Shown here: piece after piece, positions 30,386 to 40,203 of the stretch
How the letters are laid out: each line of letters opens with the position of its first letter
Numbering within the stretch: position 1 is the stretch's first letter
Program-made: the position numbers and the translations under genes
DNA from: Bacilli bacterium
Lineage (GTDB): Bacteria > Bacillota_I > Bacilli_A > ML615J-28 > CAG-698
Direction of reading: 5' to 3'
DNA length: 64,000 nucleotides
Assembly (NCBI GenBank): GCA_050953065.1
Contig: JBMNLZ010000002.1
Location: forward strand, 448,001 to 512,000
Notes under the pieces: generated by a model
Database searches by the model: none
What the model saw: the letters and a program-made list of their open reading frames with translations, nothing else
What the model was told of the DNA's origin: nothing

Positions 30386-33300
30386 ATGAAAATATTTAGA
30401 AAAATGGGACTTATGGTACTTTTCTTTGGATTGGTTGTACTTATTAGTTTACAATCAGTTAAAGCTTATAATTTGGTTGGACTTACAATTAGTGGAAGTA
30501 ATGTAAATCATTATAATACTTCAACACAAGTTCAAATTCCAGATGTTTATGAAAAACAAAAATATGATATGCGTGGGGTTTGGATTTCTGCTTTTGCTGG
30601 AGACGTTGCAATTAATGGTGTATCGACTTTTCAAACTGCAATGAATACAGCAATTGATACTATGAAATACTTTAATTTAAATACGATGGTCTTTCATATA
30701 AGGACTCATAATGATGCTTTTTATCCAACAGCATTAAATCCTAAATCAAATTATGTAAGTAATATTGATTTTAATACTTTTGATCCATTGGAATGGTTGA
30801 TTACAAGATGTCATGAAGAAGGAATTGAATTCCATGCTTGGATGAATCCTTATAGGGTAAATACATCATACACTTTCCCTTCAACAAATCCTGCATCAAG
30901 TTCTAGCAATTTATTAACTGGTACATCAGTTACGATTCTAAATCCAGCTTTACCTGTTGTTAGAGAATTCTTATATGATACAGTAATGGAAGTAATTGAA
31001 AACTATGATGTAGATGCAATTCACTTTGATGATTATTTTTATGCAGATGGAACTGATCCTTATAGATCTGCAGATGATAAGCGTCTTCAAGTAGATACAT
31101 TTATTCAAGGCTTAAGTACTCGTATGAGAACTTATAATCAAAATAATAATCGCCATGTGCAACTTGGAATTTCTCCAACTGGTGTTTATAGATCAGGTGG
31201 AAATTATAGTGGTGTAATGAATGGAACATATGATGCTAATGGAAACTTTTCATATGTTTATGCTAACGTTTCAGCTCAAGAACATTATGCATCTTACTTA
31301 TTCTCAGATACTAAAAAATGGGTTGATAATGAATGGATTGACTACATTACTCCACAATCTTATTGGGGCTTCACACATGCAACTGCAAGATTTGCAGATG
31401 TAATGGATTGGTGGGCTAAAGCTGTTGCTTATAAAAAGGTTAACCTTTATTCAGGAATGGGACTTTATATGGCTGATTCAACGGCATCTACTTATTCTTG
31501 GCAAGCAACCGATTATATGGAAGCAGCAAGACAAATTAGATATGTTACAAAATGGACTCAAATAAGAGGAACATGTGTTTATAGTTATAGATATTTATTA
31601 TCAGCTAAAAATGGTGGAACTACAAAAGCAGCACTTAATGCTAATAATATTAGACCATTGTGGAACTACCAAGCTCTTAATCCTGAAACTAGAACTATGA
31701 CTAAAGTAACATTAGGACAAGTCCCTAACTTTAAATTAATAACAGATACAATGAATTGGTCTTTAGTAGCTGGTGCGAGACGTTATGCAATTTATCGATC
31801 AACTTCAGCAACAATCAATTCAACAATTGATGAATTAATTGCTGTTGTAGGAAATACTACAACATCTTATAAAGATACAACTGCTCAACCTGGAATTGAT
31901 TATACTTACGCAATTAGAGCAATTTCAGGAACTAATACTGAAGGTGAATTAACATACCTTTCAGTTGCTCCACCTGCAGATCCAGAATCTGTAACTATTA
32001 GTGGACCAAATCAAGTAAATATTGCTCAAACTATTGCATTATCTGCTACAGTATTACCAAGTAATGCTTTACAAAATGTTACATGGAGTAGTAGTAATAC
32101 AAGCATTGCAACGGTATCTTCAAATGGTTTTGTTACTGGTGTTGCACAAGGCACGGTAATAATTACTGCAAAAACTGTAGCTAATCCGAGTATTTTAAAT
32201 ACACATACAGTGACTGTAAATATTCCACAACCAGTTTCCTTAAATATTAGTGGAGCAAATACTGTTGCTATTAATAGTTCAATTGGATTAACCGCAAATA
32301 TCTTGCCGAGTGGGGCTAACCAAAATGTTATTTGGGGGACATCAAATGAAAAGATTGCAACAATTAACAGTATTGGAGTTTTACAAGGAGTAGGAATTGG
32401 AACAGTAGTTATTACTGCTACATCTGCAATAAGTCCAGGTGTTTATAATACTTATATGGTAACTGTAACTGGGGCTCCTGGAATAAAATATCAAAATGTT
32501 GTAATTACATCATCGCCAGGTGGATCTGTTGAGTTAGACCACTATGATACAGCATATGCTAAGAATAATACTATAATATCGACGCCATCGGCTGGTTATA
32601 GATTGTTATGCTTAGTTGAAAATGGAAAAATTGTAAGTACGAGTGTCAATTATAATTTTATAACAGTTCATGACAGTACTTTCGAAGCATACTTTGTTCC
32701 TACTGATAAATATTATGTTTTATTCTTAGATCAAAGTAGAAAACTAATTGATATTCAAGTAGTTGCACCAAATGCAAATGCTGTTGCACCGAATGCAACA
32801 AAAATCCCATCAAAGGCTGGTTATAACTTTATTAATTGGGATAAGTCTTTTACAAATATTACTAGTGATACTTTGGTTTATCCAATCTATCAAAAAAATA
32901 TTACTGATAAATATTCAATTACTGTTATTAACGGAAATGCTTCAGCTACGGATGTAGCTTATGACAGCACAGTAACTGTAACAGCGCTTAATCCAGGTAA
33001 TTTCAGTTATTGGTTAAGGAATAATGAAATTGCAAGTTATGATGTTAGTTATACTTTTTCAGTATATGGAGAAGAAGTATTAGAAGCAATAGATGATGAT
33101 GGAGATACAAAGGGAGTAGAAGCAGTATTAAATCCTAATATTGTAGATGTTAACTTAGAAAATGAACAAATTGTTTTTGTTGGCGGGTTTTATTTACCAG
33201 AAGGTTATACACTAGTTGAAGCAGGTATGCTTATTTATCAAGGTAAAGGTGTTACAACTTTAGATTTTAATACAGCAGGAGTGCAAAAAATTAAAGCTAA

Positions 33301-34156
33301 TAAAATATCACCTAATAAAGAATTTGGAGTTAACGTTTTTAATGTAGTGCCTGGAACTTCATGGAATGCTTGTACGTATGTTTCTTATCAATATAGTGGA
33401 GTTATTTATCAAAAATATAGTAAACTTGAAACGTATTCTTTAGAATCTCCTGATTTAGATGTTCTACTTTCAATTATTTCAACAATTCCAACTCATATTA
33501 ATACAAATTATACTTTTCCAACAACTTCAGGTGTTACTTGGGCATATCAATCAGGTCAAGATACAAGCTTATTTAACCTAGCAACAGGTACTCATACAGG
33601 TATGACACTTGGTGTTGCAGAAAGAACTTTAGTTGGAACTCTAAATTCGGCTACATCAACATTTGAAATTAACTTTGGTATTCTAGCAGAAGATGAGGTT
33701 GGTAAATTCTATCATAGCGTATCAGCTTATATTGCAGAAAGCGATTGGATAGGAACTACTCTAACAAAAGAATCTGATAATGCAGTTTTATTCTTAGTTA
33801 AAGAACCAGTAACATTTAGTTATTCTACTGCAACTAATATTAGAAGAAAGCAACTTCAAACTGCATGGAATGCAGCAGATCCTCAAGGTTGGACAAATTG
33901 TGGAAACTTAGTTAGAAATACAGGAACTGCTGAGATTACTTTTGGTTTAGTTAATATTGCTCCATCTACTGATGATAAGGGGATTAGAATTGGTGCCGAT
34001 GGCTCAATTGTTCAGGTTTATGACAATGGTGCAAATGTAACATTGCTTGCTGGAGAATCATTGTGGGTAGCAAAACTTTTAGATAGAACTTTAAACTTTG
34101 GTAGTGAAAGTGATTTTACTGTTGGAACTAAGTTAATATACAAGCAAATTAAATAG
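30386..34156 (+). CDS. Secreted multidomain GHL10 (DUF187/YddW-DigH-like) glycoside hydrolase with FN3, two Big_2, an InlB B-repeat and further domains
   Basis: MRGVWIS, DAFYPT, FDPLEWLI...GIEFHAWMNPYR, YDVDAIHFDDYFY, GISPTG, WIDYITPQSYW; VTWSSSNTSIATVSSNG repeats; PSKAGYNFINW. Confidence 0.88.
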   Translation: MKIFRKMGLMVLFFGLVVLISLQSVKAYNLVGLTISGSNVNHYNTSTQVQIPDVYEKQKYDMRGVWISAFAGDVAINGVSTFQTAMNTAIDTMKYFNLNTMVFHIRTHNDAFYPTALNPKSNYVSNIDFNTFDPLEWLITRCHEEGIEFHAWMNPYRVNTSYTFPSTNPASSSSNLLTGTSVTILNPALPVVREFLYDTVMEVIENYDVDAIHFDDYFYADGTDPYRSADDKRLQVDTFIQGLSTRMRTYNQNNNRHVQLGISPTGVYRSGGNYSGVMNGTYDANGNFSYVYANVSAQEHYASYLFSDTKKWVDNEWIDYITPQSYWGFTHATARFADVMDWWAKAVAYKKVNLYSGMGLYMADSTASTYSWQATDYMEAARQIRYVTKWTQIRGTCVYSYRYLLSAKNGGTTKAALNANNIRPLWNYQALNPETRTMTKVTLGQVPNFKLITDTMNWSLVAGARRYAIYRSTSATINSTIDELIAVVGNTTTSYKDTTAQPGIDYTYAIRAISGTNTEGELTYLSVAPPADPESVTISGPNQVNIAQTIALSATVLPSNALQNVTWSSSNTSIATVSSNGFVTGVAQGTVIITAKTVANPSILNTHTVTVNIPQPVSLNISGANTVAINSSIGLTANILPSGANQNVIWGTSNEKIATINSIGVLQGVGIGTVVITATSAISPGVYNTYMVTVTGAPGIKYQNVVITSSPGGSVELDHYDTAYAKNNTIISTPSAGYRLLCLVENGKIVSTSVNYNFITVHDSTFEAYFVPTDKYYVLFLDQSRKLIDIQVVAPNANAVAPNATKIPSKAGYNFINWDKSFTNITSDTLVYPIYQKNITDKYSITVINGNASATDVAYDSTVTVTALNPGNFSYWLRNNEIASYDVSYTFSVYGEEVLEAIDDDGDTKGVEAVLNPNIVDVNLENEQIVFVGGFYLPEGYTLVEAGMLIYQGKGVTTLDFNTAGVQKIKANKISPNKEFGVNVFNVVPGTSWNACTYVSYQYSGVIYQKYSKLETYSLESPDLDVLLSIISTIPTHINTNYTFPTTSGVTWAYQSGQDTSLFNLATGTHTGMTLGVAERTLVGTLNSATSTFEINFGILAEDEVGKFYHSVSAYIAESDWIGTTLTKESDNAVLFLVKEPVTFSYSTATNIRRKQLQTAWNAADPQGWTNCGNLVRNTGTAEITFGLVNIAPSTDDKGIRIGADGSIVQVYDNGANVTLLAGESLWVAKLLDRTLNFGSESDFTVGTKLIYKQIK

Positions 34157-34183
34157 TTTTTAAAATAAAATAACTTAACAGTT

Positions 34184-34216
34184 AAAACAACTCTTTTTTA
34201 AAAAGAGTTGTTTTTT
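34184..34216 (+). terminator. Intrinsic terminator
   Basis: AAAACAACTCTTTTT...AAAAAGAGTTGTTTTTT. Confidence 0.8.
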
Positions 34217-34310
34217 AGTAAATAAAAAAATAAATTAATTTACTAACATTTTTAAAAGATTTATAGTATAATGGTATATGATAAATTATTAGAAAAAGGG
34301 TGAAGTATTT

Positions 34311-34877
34311 ATGTTTTGGGAAAAGGTAGTAGAGGTTTTATTTTCAACTCCGTGGTGGGAATTAGCACTTATATTTTGTTCAAGAATTATTGAAGTTTCA
34401 ATGGGAACCATAAGAGTAATTCTTGTAAACAAAGGTTTTAGAAAACAAGCATCAATTATAGCTTTTGTTGAGGTATTGATGTGGGTGTTTATAGCATCAC
34501 GTGTTATTACTGGAATTTCTCAACAACCAATGAAAGGTGTTATTTATAGTTTAGGTTTTGCAACTGGAGTTTTTGTTGGTTCTAAATTAGAAGCACGCTT
34601 AGCATTTGGAAAAGTCTTAATTCAATCAATTTCTTCAATTGAAAAAGCAGAAGAAATTGTTAAAGTCTTAAGAGAAGATGATATTGGTTGTACTGAACTT
34701 GCAGCTAAAGGAAAAGATAAAGATAGAACACTTTTAATGATTTATGCTAATAGAAAAGGAAAAGATGAAATTGTTGAAAAAATTAGAGAAATAGATGATC
34801 GCGCATTTATTGTTGTACACGATGTTTCTGATTTAACAGGTGGTTATATTACTAACTGGCGTCATTTTATTAAGTAA
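34311..34877 (+). CDS. UPF0316 (DUF5698/DUF2179, YebE-like) membrane protein
   Basis: RIIEVSMGTIR...KG...FVEVLMW...GFATGVFVG, followed by a PII-like C-terminal domain. Confidence 0.85.
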   Translation: MFWEKVVEVLFSTPWWELALIFCSRIIEVSMGTIRVILVNKGFRKQASIIAFVEVLMWVFIASRVITGISQQPMKGVIYSLGFATGVFVGSKLEARLAFGKVLIQSISSIEKAEEIVKVLREDDIGCTELAAKGKDKDRTLLMIYANRKGKDEIVEKIREIDDRAFIVVHDVSDLTGGYITNWRHFIK

Positions 34878-34904
34878 ATAAAAAAATATAAGGAGGATTT
34901 TAGA

Positions 34905-35063
34905 ATGGATAAATATGTATGTGATGTTTGTCAATATGTTTATGATCCAGAATTAGGTGATGATACTCAAGGTATTGCTCCTGGTACTGCTTTTGAAAAT
35001 TTACCAGCTGACTGGACTTGTCCGCTTTGTGGTGTTGATAAAGATAATTTTAGCAAAATGTAA
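34905..35063 (+). CDS. Rubredoxin (52 aa; not in the ORF track)
   Basis: AGGAGG SD; [52 protein letters not shown]. Confidence 0.97.
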   Translation: MDKYVCDVCQYVYDPELGDDTQGIAPGTAFENLPADWTCPLCGVDKDNFSKM

Positions 35064-35079
35064 GAAGAGGTGATTTTTT

Positions 35080-36249
35080 TTGGAAGCAAAAAAAATAAAA
35101 GAAGGAATTTATTGGGTCGGGGTTATTGATTGGAATTTAAGATCTTTTCATGGCTATTCAACTGATAGTGGAACAACTTATAATGCCTATTTAATAATTG
35201 ATGAAAAAATTACTTTAATCGATAATGTGAAAGAAGAATTTACAGATGAAATGCTTAAGAAAATATCTTCTATAGTCGATGTAAGTAAAATTGATATTAT
35301 AATTTCAAATCATAGTGAAGCAGATCATAGTGGAAGTTTAAAACAAGTTATGGAAATTGCTAAAAATGCTACTGTTTATGCAACTGGAGCTGGAGTTAAA
35401 ATTCTTCAAGCAATGTATGGAATTAACGATATAATTCCTGTAAAAACTAATGATGTAATTTCAATAGGTAAAAGAACTTTAAAGTTTTATCAAGCTCCAA
35501 TGGTTCATTGGCCAGATAATATGGTAGTATATTCAGAAAAGGATAAACTTTTATTTAGCAATGATATTTTTGGACAACATTATGCAACAAGCAAAATCTT
35601 AGATGTTGAAAATGATTTAAGTGTTTTGTTGTATGAGGCTAAAAAATATTATGCTAATATAGTTTTACCTTATACATTTCAAGCTTCTAAGATAGCTGAA
35701 GTGATACTTTCAATGGATTTTGATATGGTTGCAACCTCGCATGGAGTTATATGGACTAAACATATAAAAGATATAGTTGCTTTATATAAAAAAATAATTG
35801 CTAATGAAAAGAAAAATAAAGCAATTATTGTTTATGATACTATGTGGGAAAGTACTTTTAAAATTGCTAAAGCAATCTGTAAAGGTTTTATGGCTAATGA
35901 TGTTGAAGTAAGACTATATAATGTTAATGAAACTGAAGCTTCTGATATAATAACCGAAATTATTGATGCTAAGTATTTAGCCGTTGGCTCGCCTACTCAA
36001 AACAATCAAATGTTACCAACAATTGCAGGGTTTTTATGTTATTTGGAATCAATGCATCCAAAAGACTTAACTTGTATTGCTTTTGGAAGTTATGGTTGGG
36101 GTGGTCAAAGTATAGGTTATATTGCTGAAAAGTTAAACAAACTCGGTTATCAAGATTTATTACCTCAAATAAAAATAAATTATGTTCCAACTGAAACTAT
36201 ATTAGAAAACATAACTAATCAAGTAATTGATAAAACAAATAAGGATTAA
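35080..36249 (+). CDS. fprA: Flavodiiron protein (A-type flavoprotein)
   Basis: GTTYNAYL, NHSEADHSG, HWPD, SNDIFGQH, SHG, flavodoxin domain YDTMWEST...GSPT...FGSYGWGG; TTG start. Confidence 0.93.
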   Translation: MEAKKIKEGIYWVGVIDWNLRSFHGYSTDSGTTYNAYLIIDEKITLIDNVKEEFTDEMLKKISSIVDVSKIDIIISNHSEADHSGSLKQVMEIAKNATVYATGAGVKILQAMYGINDIIPVKTNDVISIGKRTLKFYQAPMVHWPDNMVVYSEKDKLLFSNDIFGQHYATSKILDVENDLSVLLYEAKKYYANIVLPYTFQASKIAEVILSMDFDMVATSHGVIWTKHIKDIVALYKKIIANEKKNKAIIVYDTMWESTFKIAKAICKGFMANDVEVRLYNVNETEASDIITEIIDAKYLAVGSPTQNNQMLPTIAGFLCYLESMHPKDLTCIAFGSYGWGGQSIGYIAEKLNKLGYQDLLPQIKINYVPTETILENITNQVIDKTNKD

Positions 36250-36350
36250 AAATAATCCTTATTTTTTATATTAAATAGTAATAACATAAAATTTAATTTA
36301 ATATAAAGCATTAAATGTGTTATAATCTATGTATGAGTAAGGTGGTTAAT

Positions 36351-38744
36351 ATGAAAAGATTTTTATTTTTAATAATGATATTATTTTTATTAAGCGGATG
36401 TATCTTCAAAAAAGAAAAAATGCCTAATATTTATGATGTTAATTTTATAGTAGATGGAGTAGTTGTTCAAACATTACAAATAAAAGAAGGCGAAGATGCA
36501 GTAGCACCAGATGATCCAACTAAAGAAGGGTTTGAATTTGTTGGTTGGGATAAAGCTTTTACAAACATCCAAGCAAATACAGACATCAATGCAATCTTTG
36601 AGATAGCTAAAGTTTCTTACAAGGTTAGGTTTTATAATGAAGGGATTTTAATAAACAGTCAAGATGTTATAGAAGGAGAAAAAGCAATTGCTCCAATTGA
36701 TCCTATTTAAGAAGGTTATTTGTTTGTTGGGTGGAATAAAAACTTTGATGAGATTAAAGAAGATTTAGAGGTAAACGCAATTTTTATGAAAAATACTTTA
36801 GATAATATCGTTAGTTATACAAGTTATGTATCTAGTTTTTCATATAATGAAGCAAGCTCATACGAGTCACTTTTAGAAAATTTTGATTATTATAATAATC
36901 TAAAAGGAACAATTCCTGAAATTGTTTATGGAGGATTTCGTGAAACCAATAAGATTCATTATTATGATAAGACTAATATTAGAGATAGGAATCGTTTTGG
37001 ATTTGAAGTAGCGATTGATGAGAATAACGTTGTAATAGAAAAAGCGGTTTTAGTTAATCTACCTACTAATGGAGCGATTCTTTCAGGACATGGAGAAGGC
37101 GCTACTACTTTAGGAGATTTGATTAAAGTTGGAGATGTTATTATTTATGAGGCTAATAAAGTAGACTATTTCAGACAAAAAGGAGTTAGTGAGGTTTTTG
37201 ATTTATATTTTAAAATTAATAGAATTAAAGAATTAATATTATCTTCTTATGAGGACTTAAAAGCTTTAAACTATCAATTGATGTTAGAAAAAACTAATCA
37301 ATTAATTAATCTTTATAATGGATTGATATCTAGCTATAGTGAGACTGAATATCAAGCGGCTTTAGCACTTTATATGGATGTTTCTTTTTTATCAATTGAA
37401 GAAACATCATCTATGGTTAAAGCATATTGGCATTATCCTACAAGGTGCATAGGTTATATGGAAAACAATGTAGCTTCTATTGCCTCTCTTTTAGATGAAG
37501 TTGCTAGAATGGGATTAAATAGAATTTATCTAAATACCAATTATGGTGGCTATGCTGTTTATAAATCTAGCATCTTAACTCAAAAATTAACTACTTATTA
37601 TAATTATGTAGGATATAAAGATTATCTAGAATGTTTTATTTCTCTAGCTCATGCAAGAGGAATTGAAGTATATGCTTGGACTAATACTTTAATTGCTGGA
37701 GATGGAGAACCTAATCCATATTATAGTGTTAGAAATTGGCTTAATATATTTTATGATGGAAGTAATAATTATTCAGGAATGCACTATATTGATATTGCGA
37801 ATGTTGATGCAAGAGCTCATCTTTTAGATGTTTTTGATGAATTAGCAGGTTATGATTTAGATGGTATAGAATTTGATTTTATTCGTTATGCTAATTCAAA
37901 CATTTTAAATTATACTGGAGTAATAACAAATGACTCTAATCTATCTGATAGTGGATATACTGAAAGTTTCATTCAACCATTTATGGATGAAAATGGTTTA
38001 ACGGGAGATTTTAAAAGTCTCATTAGAAACAATGAAACAATAAGAGTTGCTTGGTATAATTATAAAAGAGAACTTTTGACTGATTTAGTAAAGGATTTAA
38101 GTAGCATTATTAAAGAAAAAAATGCTGATATTAAAATATCAGCTGCGGTCATGCCTAGCATTACTACTGCTAGAAAAGTTTTTAATCAGGATTGGAAAAC
38201 TTGGATTGAAGAGGATTATATTGATGTTTTAGAACCGATGATTTATACAGGTAATATAGATTATTTAACTGAAACACTTAGTGCTATGAAAACAGAAGTA
38301 GCAGATGAGGCTTTAATTGTTGTAGGGATATATCCTGAAGGAAGTAGTCTAGAATCTAGTGAGAATGCTTATCAAATAGCTAGAATTATGGATTATTATG
38401 TTTTTGGATTTTCAAAGTTCTCTAGTAGAAATATTTTTATTAATAAGTCTTTAAGAGATAGTTTAAGTTTAATTAATAAACATTATACTACTGTATCTCT
38501 TGATCCTTTAGATATTAAACGTTCATATGCTTATGACTTGTATGATAAGATAAATAATTTTTATCAATATGTAGATACTGAAACCGATTATGAAGAATTT
38601 TTAGTTAGTGTACTGGCTACAATTGAGGATGAAGATTATGAAGTAGTTGATTTTTATATTACATTATTTATTGACACCATTAAAAATCCAAACGTTAAAG
38701 CCAAACTACAAAGTTATGATTTATATATCAAAAGTCTAAGTTAA
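36351..38744 (+). pseudogene. InlB B-repeat plus GHL10 lipoprotein interrupted by one in-frame TAA (36708-36710)
   Basis: Lipobox LSGC. Repeat 1 reads DPTKEGFEFVGWDK and repeat 2 reads DPI*EGYLFVGWNK. The frame continues to GIEVYAW...DGIEFDFIRY...QDWKTW...PMIY. Confidence 0.85.
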
Positions 38745-38767
38745 AAAGTAAATACTATTTAAAGTTT

Positions 38768-38808
38768 AATCTAGCATTTTTATCTATACAAAAAAATGCT
38801 AGATTTTA
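38768..38808 (+). terminator. Intrinsic terminator
   Basis: AATCTAGCATTTTT...AAAAATGCTAGATTTT. Confidence 0.75.
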
Positions 38809-38866
38809 TTATGTTTATTTGTTATAATATTTTAGGTTGTTTTAAAAAGGAGGTCAGTTAGATATT

Positions 38867-40165
38867 ATGGTTAAAATAGTTGCACTTGTTTTATTTCTTT
38901 TAACGTATGTTTTATTATTAAGCTTACCAAAAATAAGAGCTTGGATTGCTTTAACAACAGCTTGTATTTTCATTTTATTAACATTTATTCCTGATTTCAG
39001 TGTGTTGATGCCAATTACTCAAGTCTTTGGGGCAATAGATTGGAATGTTTTGATGATGATAGCTGGAACAATGATTGTTGTTGATCTATTTATTGATTCA
39101 AAAATGCCATCGGTACTAGCCAATGTCATTATCAAGAAAACGCCTAATGTGAAGTGGGCAGTGATAGCGATGGCAGTTTTTGCTGGAGTTATATCTGCTT
39201 TCATTGATAATGTTGCAACTGTTTTAATAGTAGCACCAATTGCCATTAGTATTTCTAAAAAGTTAGAAATTTCTCCAGTTCCGAGTGTAATTGCGATTGC
39301 AGTTTTCTCTAATCTAGAAGGAGCTGCTACATTAGTTGGTGATACTACTTCAATCATGCTTGGTGGTTATGCTGATTGGAATTTCCTTGATTTCTTCTGG
39401 TTAGAAGGTAGACCAGGACCATTCTTTATTATTCAAGTTGGGTTGGTTGCTGCTACTGTTGTGCTAGCTTTAATATTAAGAAAATTAACTCAACCGATTG
39501 AACTTAATGAAGAGGTGAAAGCTGAATCATATGTTCCAACTATTTTACTATGTGGAATAATAGTTACTTTAATTATTGTCTCATTTATACCGAGTGGGTC
39601 TAAACCTGCTGTTGCTAATGGTATTGTTACAATGACTTATGCAATTATCGGATTAATTTATGTAACAATTAAAAATAAGAGTTTTAAAAATGCTGGAGAA
39701 ATCTTGAAAAACTTTGATTATTTTACACTTGTTTTACTAGCTAGTTTATTTGTTATTATTGCTGGTATTACAAATGTTGGAGTAATTGAAGATATTGCTG
39801 ATTTAATAGTAAAGATTGGTGGTACAAATCCTTTTGTTGTTTATACGATTATTGTCTTTTTCTCAATGCTTGTTTCTGCTTTCATTGATAATATTCCTTA
39901 TGTATTAACAATGTTACCGGTTATGGGAAGCCTTGCAGCTGGTACTGGTGCACCTTTAACTTTATTATTATTAGGTTTAATTATTGGAGCAACACTTGGT
40001 GGTAACTTAACTCCAATTGGAGCATCTGCTAATATTGCAGGAATTGGAATTCTAAGAAAAGAAGGACACGAAGTAAAATTAAAAGAATATTTAAGAATAG
40101 GAGTACCTGTAACACTTGCTGCAGTAGTTGCTGGTTATATAGTTACATGGTTCTTATTTAGTTAA
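38867..40165 (+). CDS. ArsB/NhaD/CitMHS (ion transporter superfamily) permease
   Basis: Duplicated SAFIDNV/SAFIDNI, ATLVGD, TLGGNLTPIGASAN. Confidence 0.88.
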   Translation: MVKIVALVLFLLTYVLLLSLPKIRAWIALTTACIFILLTFIPDFSVLMPITQVFGAIDWNVLMMIAGTMIVVDLFIDSKMPSVLANVIIKKTPNVKWAVIAMAVFAGVISAFIDNVATVLIVAPIAISISKKLEISPVPSVIAIAVFSNLEGAATLVGDTTSIMLGGYADWNFLDFFWLEGRPGPFFIIQVGLVAATVVLALILRKLTQPIELNEEVKAESYVPTILLCGIIVTLIIVSFIPSGSKPAVANGIVTMTYAIIGLIYVTIKNKSFKNAGEILKNFDYFTLVLLASLFVIIAGITNVGVIEDIADLIVKIGGTNPFVVYTIIVFFSMLVSAFIDNIPYVLTMLPVMGSLAAGTGAPLTLLLLGLIIGATLGGNLTPIGASANIAGIGILRKEGHEVKLKEYLRIGVPVTLAAVVAGYIVTWFLFS

Positions 40166-40203
40166 AAAAATAGCGATTTGGATAACCAAATCGCGTTTTT
40201 TTT
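40164..40203. terminator. Bidirectional terminator
   Basis: A run, GCGATTTGG-ATAA-CCAAATCGC, T run, between convergent genes. Confidence 0.85.

Noticed and set aside
36708-36710. Stop-codon reassignment (TAA read as an amino acid)
   Set aside because: TAA terminates most genes in the window; this is a single isolated case.
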